Assembly: GCF_006345805.1 (NCBI RefSeq)
Contig: NC_043003.1
Span: 15,376,001 to 15,440,000, forward strand
DNA: 64,000 bases
Reading direction: 5' to 3'
Source: Octopus sinensis
Taxonomy: Eukaryota
Of this stretch, positions 51,907-64,000 are shown in pieces. A program made the position numbers and the translations under genes. The notes below the pieces were generated by a model. The model searched no databases, was not told the origin of the DNA, and saw only the letters and a program-made list of their open reading frames with translations. Position 1 is the stretch's first letter. Every line of letters starts with the position of its first letter.

Positions 51907-52735
51907 GTACGCGCGTGTCACTCAACGTCTGCGCATGCACGAGACTTTGAACATCTGCGTATGCGCGAATCTCTGAACGTCTCCGCATGTGCGAGTCTCG
52001 GTCCATTTGCGCATGCTCGAGACTATGAGCGTCTGCGCATGTGTGAGACTCTAACCGTCTGCGCATGAGCGAATCTCTCAGCGTGTGCGCAAGCGCGATT
52101 CTCTGAACGGTTGTGCATGCGTGTGTCTCTGACCGATTGCGCATGCACGAGCCTCTTACCGATTGCTCATGCGCGAGTTCCTCACCGTCTGCACATGCGT
52201 GAGTCTCTGACTGTATGACAAACACCGCGTGCGCGAAACTATGACCGTATGCACATGCACAAAACTCAGACCGTCTGACTCTCGCAATTCGCAACCGTTC
52301 AGAGACTCACGCATGCGCAGATGGCAGGGGACTCATGCATGCGCTGATGGCCGGGCACCCTCGCATGCGCTAACGCTCGGGGACTCGTGCATGCGCACAC
52401 GGTCAGAGAATTTCGAGGTGAAGACGGTCATAGTCTCTCGCATACGCATGACTATGACCGTTTGCGCATACCCGAGTCTCTGAACATCTGCACATACATG
52501 AGCCTTTGACCGTGTGCTCATGCGTGAGTCTCTACCGTCTGCACATGCGCGCAAGTCTCAAACTATTTGCACATGCGCGTAATCTCTGACCTTCTGCGCA
52601 TGCGCGAGATTCTTACCGACGGCACATGCGCGAGTCCCTCACTATCTGCATATGCGCGACTCTGAACGTCTGCGCATGCGCGAGTCACGGAATTCTGCGC
52701 GGGCGCGGGTCTCTGACTTACTGCGTATGCGCTTG
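51907..52735. repeat. 26-bp minisatellite, consensus near GTCTGCGCATGCGCGAGACTCTGAAC, about 30 copies, internally inverted at ~52290-52445
   Basis: Manual alignment of units. Confidence 0.85.
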
Positions 52736-52796
52736 AAATTATATAATTTTCAAAGTGATACACAGTTACTGATCTAATAGATAGAAATATATATAT

Positions 52797-53215
52797 AGGC
52801 GCAGGAGTGGCTGTGTGGTAAGTAGCTTGCTAACCAGCCACATGGTTCCGGGTTCAGTCCCACTGCGTGACATCTTGGGAAAGTGTCTTCTGCTATAGCC
52901 CCGGGCCGACCAATGCCTTGTGAGTGGATTTGGTAGACGGAAACTGAAAGAAGCCTGTCGTATATATGTAAATATATATGTATGGATGTGTTGTGTGTGT
53001 TTGTGTGTCTGTGTTTGTGCCCCTAGCATTGCTTGACAGCCAGCTGGTGTGGTTTACGTCCGTCCGTCACATAGCGGTTCGGCAAATAGACCGATAGAAT
53101 AAGTACTGGGCTTACAAAGAATAAGTCCCGGGGGTCGATTTGCTCGACTGAAGGCGGTGCTCCAGCATGGCCGCAGTCAAATGACTGAAACAAGTAAAAA
53201 GGAGTAAAAAGAGTA
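52797..53215 (+). mobile_element. Full-length composite CORE-like SINE
   Basis: Homolog of 27521. Confidence 0.9.
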
Positions 53216-53606
53216 TATAGCATGTCCATAAAGTTTCTTTACAATATTGAATTTAAAAGTATGAAAGTTGTAAAGATAATTTATGGACAGCCCGTATATA
53301 TGTGTGTGTGTGTGTGTGGGCGTATGTGTGTGTACACAAATACACACACACACATATGTGTGAAGCTATTCGTTAGTTTATATGGACAAATTTTCACATT
53401 GAAATTGTTAAAATAAATTCGTAGAAGGTCAATGAATTCACTAATTTGATTTATTAAATATTCTGGTGTTTATTCATATATTTATGTAGAATAACGGAAG
53501 ACTGACCTTTCTAAACAAAATTATACACTCAGTCCGAAAAATAATTATACACACATATACACACACACATGCAAGCATATTACACACATACACACATGAA
53601 TATGTA

Positions 53607-54017
53607 TACTCTTTTACTCTTTTACTTGTTTCAGTCATTTGACTGCGGCCATGCTGGAGCACCGCCTTTAGTCGAGCAATCGACCCCGGACTTATTCTTT
53701 TGTAAGCCCAGTACTTATTCTATCGGCTCTTTTGCCGACTCGCTAAGTGACGGGGACGTAAACACACCAGCACAGTTGTCAAGCAATGCTAGGGGCCAAA
53801 CACAGACACACAAACATACACACACCACATTATATATATATATTACATATATACGACAGGGCTTTCAGTTTCAATTTTGTCTACCAAATCCACTCACAAG
53901 GCATTGGTCGGCCCGGGGCTATAGCCGAAACACTTGCCAAGATACCACGCAGTGGGACTGAACCGGAACCATGTGGTTGGTTAGCAAGCTACTAACACAC
54001 AGCCACTCCTGCGCCTA
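53607..54017 (-). mobile_element. Full-length composite CORE-like SINE
   Basis: Homolog of 27521. Confidence 0.9.
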
Positions 54018-54049
54018 TGCACACACACACACACACCACACACACACAC

Positions 54050-54080
<31 letters not shown>

Positions 54081-54487
54081 CTATATATATATATATATAT
54101 ATAAACATATATTTATATACATATATATATCTATATATACTTATGCATATCTGTACATACATACCTATGTATAACACGAATAGCCTCCGCGCGCATCCAC
54201 ACGAATACACACATACACACACATGCACCCACAAGCAAAGCACATACAAACATATATATATATGCATGCTTATCAGAGTGTGTGTGTGTATGTGTGCAAG
54301 TATATATGTATTGTATGCATGTATACTCTAAAACATTCACCCGCATATATACCAGAACTTTCCATAGAAATAGAAAATTACTTTGTTATGAAACATTCTT
54401 TATATATGCTTTCATTGTTCCTCCTCCCACACACACACATATATATATATATATGTAATTTGTCTCTCTCTCTCTCTCTATAATATA

Positions 54488-54543
<56 letters not shown>

Positions 54544-54787
54544 GATATATATTATACACACATATTTGTTTTATACATACATACATATATATATTATATA
54601 TACAATATTATATACAATTCTTGAAAAGTCACATTATGACGAAAACCGATTTGAATTATATATATACATATATATTTTATCAATTTTCGAAAACTTTTCC
54701 TTACAACCCTCTCATTAAATTTTCTTCAATTTATCATTCTGCCCTTTTTTACAATTTTTCCTTGCTTATATATATATATATATATAT

Positions 54788-54845
<58 letters not shown>

Positions 54846-55689
54846 GCATGTATGTCTTCAATGTTTGGCATTCGCAAATCTGTTGTCACCGTTGTTATTG
54901 TTGCTGGTGCTTTTGTTGTCCTTATTCAAATATATAAGTCTGTATTTATACAACAGATTCTTTAGAGGTATGTCTCCGCTTGGTTTTCATTGCTTCCAGC
55001 CTACGTCTTTTTTATTTTTCCTTTTTCTGGCTTGTAGTTTGTTACATTTGCCGATATTGTATATATGTGTATACCAAGTTCTTATCTTTTAATAATTTTA
55101 AAAATTATTATTTGAATGTTTTTTTTTTAAAGTAAGCAGTTTCTAATAAAGAAACACTTTTTTTTCATTGTTAGAGATAAGACAATAATTCCGAAGACTA
55201 ACATTTTGAAAGACCCAACGTATTTTCAATGCTTCAAGACTGTTTTCAAATACTTTCTTTGCCTCTAAAACAGTTTCTAAGATTACCACACACACACTTA
55301 GTAACAGAGCCAAGTGTACTAATAATTAAGCATATATATATATACGGATAGATAAACAGATAGTTTGAAGTTACAGAAAACAGAAGACGAAGGCGGATAA
55401 AGGAAGAAGCAAGCAAACAGATATATTTGTTTAACGCTCGGGAAGAATGGAAAAGTCTATATATATATATGTGTATGAGTGTGTATGTGTGTGTGTGTGG
55501 TAAATAAATTTATATATATGTTATGTAATATATATATATATATATATATATATTAATATATATTTGTGTGAATATATGTATGTTTGTATATATATGTTTA
55601 TATATATATATTTGTGTGTGTATGTATGCTTGTATATAATATATGTAGATATACGTATATAAATATATATGTTTATACACATATGTACA

Positions 55690-55736
<47 letters not shown>

Positions 55737-55814
55737 ATAATATATATATATATTTCTATATATATATATAATACATACTATGTATGTATTTTAATATATA
55801 TAGAGGTATAATCT

Positions 55815-56225
55815 ATTTGCTACCGAAAAGTGGCAGTCCTGGTTAGGACGATGTTACTACCTTGTTTTTCTTTAGCCTCAGGAAAACGTCTTTCCCAGCT
55901 GGTTACTGACGTACAGCCGCGTCCTTATACCTCGAGCAAGGGAGATAATGTCCCCACTCAGCCTTAAACAGTACCTGTGGACCATGGTTTCTGGATTATT
56001 TCACTTCATCGGCACAGCATAAACGTTGGCTAGAGATGGCAGCACTAGGCTTTGTTCGAGGTATATACTTTTAAAGTGACACTCAGTCACTGATCTCGTA
56101 AAGAGGAAACCATTAGCTTTAAATCTCTGAACGAGAAATAAGTGGTAAGAGTACTACAGAGTAAAATCTGTTTGCCACCGTAATCTGGCAGTCCTGGTTA
56201 CGACGATGTTACTACCTTTTTGTAG
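55815..56225. repeat. 355-bp-period terminally redundant repeat unit, unclassified
   Basis: TGGCAGTCCTGGTT recurs at 55831 and 56186. Confidence 0.75.
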
Positions 56226-57352
56226 CCTAACGAGGACTGTCACTTTACAGTGACAAAATAAATGTTACTCTGTAGTACTACTATAGCTTACTCTGCGATG
56301 GTGAAAGAAGGGACAAACACAGATACACAACCTATGAGAGTGGGAGAGAGAAGAAGAGAGTGGGGCAAACACAGACACACAACCTATGGTTGCTAAGTAT
56401 CAAATATGATATTCCGGTTGTGTACCCTGAGAAAACAAACCCTATGAATATTTAGCGCCTAGGGGCTGGTCCAAACCACGCATTACGTTGAATTGTACGC
56501 TGTTGGTATAATCTAGGGTGTCCTACAAGTCCTAAATCCCCTTGGTGTATTATAATCAAGTGAATGATGCTACAAGCGGTCTCCACTAACACTATGATAT
56601 GTTCGTATCTAAAATAACACCCTACATCTTTTCACTTTACCAGATAAATAAATCGCACATAACACTACAGTTCCTAAAAATTAGAACTTATCATTCAATT
56701 GCCTTCGTACCTTCTCCCAACATTTAACCCATTTCCACAGAATACCCCTAAATTCTGTGTATCTCTGTCCTTCCCACCGTTGTTCTTTAACCTTAGCTAG
56801 CGAATCCTAAACCCCGGTCCTATGCCTAACTGGCTTTATTTATGCGTTTATTCTTCTTCCACATTTTCACTTTCCTTATTCTTTCTTTATTCTCTATCCT
56901 TACTTTATCTTCGGTCCTCTCTCAGCTACCCACTTCTCTAAACCTACTATAATAAAATATACTAAAATATCAACTACACCCCATCTCTAGCCTGCCAAAG
57001 AACCAGTCTAGCAGACACCTATCTCACGCGGATCGCTGACCTTAAATATCATATTACCCTCTTTCGCAAACTATAATCTTGATCTCACCCCACCCCTTAA
57101 TGCCCACAACGGCTAACTTTGTTGGTCATTCTCCCATTTCATAGTTAACCTCGACAGACTTCAGCCATGTCCCTGCTTTATTCTTGGGTTATTCCTTTGT
57201 TTGTAAAATTATGTTTCGTCTGATGATTATGGTTTTTGTAATGAAGAAATGTTCTTATTCTTCTATTAAAAATGCGTAAGAAACAGCTCTAATGAGCTGA
57301 CATTTATCTATCATTTATTATCATTCATTTAATTATACTTATCTTATATATA

Positions 57353-57498
57353 CGCAGGGGTGGCTGTGTGGTAAGTAGCTTACTTGCAAAACACGTGGTT
57401 CCGAGTTCAGTCGCACAGCGTGGCACCTTGGGCAAATGTCTTCTACTATAGCCTCGGGCTAACCAAAGCCTTGTGAGTGAAACTGAAGAAGCCCGTCG
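57353..57498 (+). mobile_element. CORE-like SINE 5' half
   Basis: Homolog of 23425. Confidence 0.8.
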
Positions 57499-57516
57499 TA
57501 TATATATATATATATA

Positions 57517-57548
<32 letters not shown>

Positions 57549-57932
57549 ATATATAGTTACAAATTGAGATAGGGGTTGCAAATTCAACCAATGATATTGG
57601 TAGCATTAATGATATTGATAACAGTATTGATGTTAACATTAATGACTTTTTGTAAATTAATATAAGGTAATACTGACTCTATATATCTGCATTGAAGTAT
57701 GAATATGTCTATTTTCTCTACGTTGTAATATCTTAATATTAAGTTGAAAAACATTGAATATGGAACATATATATATTTTATTGATTTATATTATTTGTAT
57801 TATTATGTATATGTATATGTGTATGTATAAGAGTATGAGTATATGCACTCATATATATATATGTAAAGGATTTATTATGGGTATGTACCCACACTTATAT
57901 GAGTATATATGTAATTTGGTTTATACTTTAGA

Positions 57933-58059
57933 ATCTCCGAAGAGGCCTTAAGATATCTTTGTAAATGTCTCATTTTTAACTTCATATTGACATACTATAC
58001 ATGCTAATATAGGTAAAATGAGACATATTATATCTGCATGGGCGAAACAGCTGTAAGAT
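57933..58059 (+). ncRNA. Long-stem-II hammerhead motif with a U4C change
   Basis: ATCT CCGAAGA GGCC [inner stems AGATAT/ATATCT and ATGTCTCATTTT/AAAATGAGACAT] GGGC GAAAC AGCT GTA AGAT. Confidence 0.7.
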
Positions 58060-58529
58060 ATAGTGTATATTTATATTTATAATCTATTTTATTATTTATT
58101 TATATCCTCTTATAATGATTGTACCTATTGTATTGTATTACTCATTCATGTACGCTGTTTTGTTATATATTTTTATGTTTAACCTTAATGTTCTTATGTA
58201 GTGGTTCAATAAAGTATGTGATTGGGTATTATCTGGTAGTTGATTAATGATTTAGATGTATTTCTCCATTTTCTGATTTTGTATATATATATATATATAT
58301 ATACACATGTGTGTGTGTTTGTGTGTCTGTGTTTGTCCCCACCAACATCGCTTGACAACCGATGTTGTCAAGCGGCAAAAGAGACCGATAGAGTAAGTAC
58401 AAGGTTTACAAAAAATAAGTCCTGGGGCCGATTTCTTCGACTAAAGGCAGTGCTCCAGCATGGCCGCAGTCAAATGATTGAAACAAATAAAAGAGAAGAG
58501 TAAAATATATATATATATATATATATATA

Positions 58530-58748
58530 CCAATTAAGGACTGAACACGAAAAGGTGGACAGTCACATGCTAGATATAGACGTCAAATCGCCATTCTCTC
58601 CACAAAGATTTTGTTCTCAAATAAAAATAAAATTCAGCACGACCTAAAGCAATGGATTTTGAGAACAAAATCTTTGTGGAGAATGGCGATTTGACGTCTA
58701 TATCTAGCATGTTGACTGTCCACCTTTTCGTGTTCAGTCCTTAATTGG
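58530..58748. repeat. Fold-back element, ~91-bp arms with a 36-bp spacer, in (TA)n
   Basis: CCAATTAAGGACTGAACACG...GTTCTCAAA and its reverse complement, with two small indels. Confidence 0.9.
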
Positions 58749-58837
58749 TATATATAAATATTTTAATCTTCGGATTCTTTTTAATGTGCTAGACCACTGG
58801 TTTTAATTGACTAATATCAATTTCTACCCTTAATTTT

Positions 58838-58877
<40 letters not shown>

Positions 58878-59390
58878 AGTGTGTGTGTGTGCGTTTGTGT
58901 GTGTGTTAGTGTATGTCCCAACATCGCTTGAGATGTGATGGTGGTGTGTTTACGTCCCCGTAAGTTAGCGGTTCGGCAAAGAACAGAGTGTTATTAGCCG
59001 CCAGCTCTTTCTAAATTCCCTCCAATATCAGGTACTTAAATTCGGCATATGATATAATGTTTCAGCAGGTTAAACATTTTTTATTCCTTAGGTTTGTACA
59101 ATTAAGTAAACTGCCGAATGTTCAACGGGGAAAACTCTTGTTTTGTTTCGACACCTTCGTTTAATAAGATTATCAAACACATTTCAGATAAGTTAAACGA
59201 TAGCGAGCAACGACGGAAGTGACTTTGTTCTAAGCTAAAACCGAGGAAGTTTGTTTAATATAATTACTAAAGAAATCAAGGTATACGAAACGATAGCAAG
59301 CTAGAAATGGTGCTATTTTTCTTTCAACTAAAACTGATATAGCCTAATTGATTTCTGTTGAATGGTCGCTGAAGCTACCTGTATATATAA

Positions 59391-59782
59391 CTAGCAGTAT
59401 CGCCCGGCGTTGCTCGGGCTTGTTTCGACCCTTTAGAATTGGAATTTTTGAAAAGTAAAAATTATGCATTATGTAGCTTGTTATTCAATTTAAGTGAACA
59501 TTTTTCTGGTTGAAATACACCGAAAAATAGCGATACAGCAGTCAAAAAATCGTAAAAAATAGGGATTTTCATAGAAAAAAAGCACCTTTTTGATGTAAAT
59601 AATGTTTGGTCTTAATATGGTCCGATTTGAATTTTTTCTTCTACGGAAGGAAGAACAAGCCTTCTTCTATCATACTCTCAATTTTGGTCAAATTGCGCCG
59701 CAGGGTCTCGGAGAAGATAGTGTTAGTTGAAGGCTACCAAACCTGCCATACACAGACAACTTCAGCTTTATATATAGAGAGA
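59391..59782 (-). mobile_element. Non-autonomous Helitron, second copy
   Basis: Homolog of 14430-14847 with the same CTAG end and hairpin. Confidence 0.7.
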
Positions 59783-59909
59783 TTAGGAAAATAACCAGAA
59801 ACTTCTTGTAAATTGAAATCCATCGTAGCAGTTCTTGTACCATTGCTTCAGAGAACATCTGCATAATCAACCAACGAAACCGCTCCCAGGTTCGTCTATA
59901 TTACTCTCC

Positions 59910-60195
59910 TACTCTAGGCACATGGTCCGAAATTTTTGGGGAGGATACCAGTCTATTAGATCAACCCCAGTACACAACTAGTACTTGATTTATCGACTCG
60001 GAAAGGATGAAAGGCAAAGTCGACCTATTTCTTTACTACCCACAAGGGGCTAAACACGGAGAGGACAAACAAGGACAAACAAACGGATTAAGTCGTTTAT
60101 ATCGACCCCAGTGCGTAACTGGTACTTAATTTATCGACCCCGAAAGGATGAAAGGCTAAGTCGACCTCGGCGGAACTTGAACTCAGAACGTAAAA
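59910..60195 (-). mobile_element. Meta-like SINE, two partial bodies
   Basis: Homolog of the 12287 family. Confidence 0.8.
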
Positions 60196-60231
60196 AACAT
60201 GCATAGACTCATACATTTATATATTTGCATA

Positions 60232-60542
60232 TCACCGTGATCACCGTGACCGACCAGGCTATCAGATGTTGCTACACATCGCTGGTAACAATGCGCTTCG
60301 CATTTTTTAGCCTTCAAATGACGCCACCCCGCTGGCTAAGCGAGCAGGCCGACAGAAGAAAGAGTGAGAGAAAGTTGTGGTGAAAGAGTACAGCAGGGAT
60401 CGCCACCACCCCCTGCCGGAGCCTCGTGGAGCTTTAGGTGTTTCCGCCAAATAAACACTCACAACGTCAGGTCTGGGAATTGAAACCGCGATCCTACGAC
60501 CGCGAGTCCGCTGCCCTAACCACTGGGTCATTGCGCCTCCAC
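60232..60542 (-). mobile_element. tRNA(Arg)-like SINE, tail type B
   Basis: Homolog of 38085. Confidence 0.85.
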
Positions 60543-61099
60543 ATATTTGCATATAAAATGCACAAATAGATAAATACATAATAACGAAACAAACTGTGGC
60601 TCTCGACCGCTTAGAGAGCCTTTATTTAAGAACTTCCCATTTCCTCACAACCCTTCGTTATTAAGTGAAACCAAAACCTGAAGCTGGAAAATAAACGCTA
60701 AATATGGAAGTTGGAATTCTTCGTTCAAATAAAAATCTATAATCCGAGATGGGCGATGTTTACTTTTTATTTATTTATTGAGTTTTACATTCCTCACAGG
60801 CATCTTATTTCTTGACAATTTGCTTCAAGTTTTTTTCTATATTCGTTTACTTTTATCATCCGATTGTTGCTTTTATAGATGTTGTTGCCTTTGCTCATGC
60901 TGTTGTTGTTGTTGCAAGGGCAGTTTGTAATAGTTGTTGTTGTTGTTGTTGTTGTTGTTGTTATTGTTTAAATAGTTGTTGCTGTTGGGTTCGTTAAACT
61001 GATAATATATCAACGAATTTCTATCTGGCTTTCGTTTCTCAGTCTTTATCTTGCATGGCGAATACACAAAGGAACACGACGAAAGAATAATTTCCTGCG

Positions 61100-61184
<85 letters not shown>

Positions 61185-61185
<1 letters not shown>

Positions 61186-61583
61186 ACTCTTTTACTTGTT
61201 TCAGTCATTTGACTGCGGCCATGCTGGAGAAATGCCTTTAATCGAGCAACTCGACCCCGGGACTTATTCTTTTGTAAGCCCAGTACTTATTCTATCGGTC
61301 TCTTTTGCCGAACCGCTAAGTGACGGGGACATAAACACACCAGCATCGGTTGTCAAGCAATGCTAGGGGGACAAACACAGACACACAAACACACACGCAC
61401 ATATATATATATACATATATACGACGGGCTTCTTTCAGTTTCCATCTACCAAATCCACTCACAAGGCTTTGGTCGGCCCGAGGCTATAGTAGAAGACACT
61501 TGCCCAAGGTGCCACGCAGTGGGACTGAACCCGGAACCATGTGGTTAGTAAACAAGCTACTTACCACACAGCCACTCCTGCGC

Positions 61584-61585
<2 letters not shown>
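61185..61585 (-). mobile_element. Full-length composite CORE-like SINE
   Basis: Homolog of 27521. Confidence 0.9.
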
Positions 61586-61652
<67 letters not shown>

Positions 61653-62740
61653 CATGTCTGTCTTTCTGTTTAAGCGCATACATATACGGACAAAGATGCA
61701 AACACACTCACACACACATACCTATAAGTATACAGTTTAAACTTCATTTCATTGTTATACGGGGTTTTAACAAATACGTGTAATTTATATGTGCATAAAA
61801 CTTGAGTATCTATTTATTCAAAAGGACATTTAGTAGTGAATGTATATCTATATATGGGATAAAGGAAAAAATATTAGCTTATTATCATCTTTTTTTGACT
61901 GACTCGTAGGGGAGACAATCTCGGACGCATTTCGCCCATTTATAAAGGTTCCTCAGAGAGGTGTAACCCTTCAGAACTTTCAAAAGAATTGAGAAGCGAA
62001 TCACTGGTGGAGATCGAAACATGTATGCACAGATGAAATTAAGAAGTTAAGAGTCTTTGCTTGAGACTCGATACAGCATCGGTGATTGGGGATGAAACGA
62101 CAGTCCGTTATATTAAAACTAAAAAAAAGGACACGAATCTAAAAGTGTATAAAGGCATTCACCTAAAGTGGTATTGATGGTCGGGGTAAGTTGAGGGTCA
62201 GACGAAACACATTTCCGTACATATTTTCGTTCATAATGGATCTGAAATCAAATTGAACAGAAGTCGTAATTGCATTACACATCCTTCTAACATCGACGAA
62301 ATGAATATTAGAAATATATGAAGCTAGAATCATTTCTCTATATTATTTCGCCATAGAAAAATTGGCTGTGTACTTAAGAAAGAAGTCAATTACACACTCA
62401 TCAGCGAGATTTCAGAATTTGTCAAGCGCCACAATGGAATATTTGCCTTTCGTTAACAAGCAATTTATTGGACTTTCATGGAATAACAAAAATGGTATTT
62501 CATGCTTCAGACTTCTTCACTCTAATAACCACTTAGCAGGTATTTTCAAATATTTCTTCAAATGTGCTTGGTACAGTACTCAAGATATGGTCGTTTAGAG
62601 AAGCTTTTCATATTAGCTGCCAAATCTCTTTCAGTCTCTCTGTCCCTCTCTCTCCGTTACAATTGACATATATATGTGTGTGTTTGTGTGTGTGTACTTA
62701 CGTGTGTATGTGTGTGTGTAGTTGTTTATATGTATATATA

Positions 62741-62938
62741 AGCGCAGGAATGGGTGTGTGGTAAGTAGCTTGCTTACCAACAGCATGATTCTGGGTTCCG
62801 TCCCACTGCGTGACACCTTGGGCTAGTGTCTTCTACTATAGCCTCGGGCCTACGAAAACCTTATGAGTGGATTTGGCTGACGGAAACTGAAAGAAGCCCG
62901 TCGTATATATGTATGTATATATATATATATATAATATA

Positions 62939-62996
<58 letters not shown>

Positions 62997-63182
62997 TTGT
63001 GTGTCTGTGTTTGTCCCCCGACATCACTTGACAACCGATACCGATGCTGGCGTGTTTACGTTCCCGTAACTTAGCGGTTCGGGAAAAGGGACTGATAGAA
63101 TAAGTACTAGGCTTACAAAGAATAAGTCCTGGGGGCGATTTCTTCGACTAAAGGCGGTGCTCCAGCATGGCCACAGTCAACT
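62741..63182 (+). mobile_element. Full-length composite CORE-like SINE
   Basis: Homolog of 27521. Confidence 0.88.
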
Positions 63183-63474
63183 GATCAGACTCTCGTATAC
63201 GTCTATCAATTTGTGTTGCAAGATTCCTGATGTGAAATCTTTTGTTGAAACAGATATTGTTGTATTTCGGGACGGTCATTTTCCTTTTTTTTTTGGCAAA
63301 TAAACACACGCACTGCATATTTCTTCTTCACTCGTTTATTACTGCTCTTTGTTTAACTCATGTCCACTGTCTGGAAATATTTCGTCACACATCTTGGACC
63401 ACTTCAGCGTTACTTTCCATCCTCGCATGTGTTCCGTTTAGTCTATTCTCTTAACAAAAACACCATCCCGAATT

Positions 63475-63515
<41 letters not shown>

Positions 63516-63757
63516 TATATATATATATATGATATATATATATATATATATAATATATATATATATATTTAATGAAATGGATAAATGAATTATCTTGTTA
63601 CGGATTATTCAAAATTTAGCCGATACCTGTGTAGCAAAAATCACGCCAGAAAAGACACGGTTGAGGTTACGACCATGGGGTTTGCAGCCTTTGAAACATG
63701 TGTAGAAAATAATAAAAAGGAATTTTGTAGAATCTTCGTTCGACTCCATTTCTTCCT

Positions 63758-63833
<76 letters not shown>

Positions 63834-64000
63834 CTTGATAGATAAGGCAAGACAACAAAAGAATGAAATAGAGCTCGATATTATGTAAATCGAGGAATTT
63901 ATTTGTATATATATGTGAGCGAATAATTGTCACATATTATATATATTTATTTATAAATGATTTTACGCATTTCGTTTGTTCGCACGGTGCTTGGTCACTT

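Noticed and set aside
55818-55860. TGGCA-GTC-CTGGTT resembling a hairpin-ribozyme substrate strand
   Set aside because: No AGAA loop A partner or loop B strand found on either strand.
57215-57255. CTGATGA followed by GAAGAAAT GTT
   Set aside because: Stems I and II are not convincing.

Overview
Eukaryotic, repeat-saturated genomic DNA with no recognisable host exon. It is most likely octopus (inferred from the microsatellite load and tRNA-derived SINEs resembling described Octopus families). Contents: a nearly intact Tx1-clade LINE ORF2 with one frameshift (490-3949); three Penelope-like element (PLE) remnants with RT and/or GIY-YIG sequence; R4/Dong-like retrotransposon fragments, mostly in (TAA)n arrays; a full-length irritans-like mariner and two mariner deletion derivatives; a Tc1 fossil split by a hAT MITE; a Tigger derivative; two non-autonomous Helitrons; and about 40 SINE copies from three superfamilies. 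The most notable signal is about ten minimal type I hammerhead ribozyme motifs from at least six unrelated sequence families. They include a U3:A8 covariant core and a class with a long stem II and a palindromic stem III. Also notable: 182-184 bp tandem SINE-body arrays, one SINE head carrying three different tails, a ~340-355 bp terminally redundant structured repeat, a 26-bp GCGCATGCGC minisatellite and several long palindromes. There is a 100-N scaffold gap at 35384-35483. All calls come from manual reading of the sequence; no searches were run.
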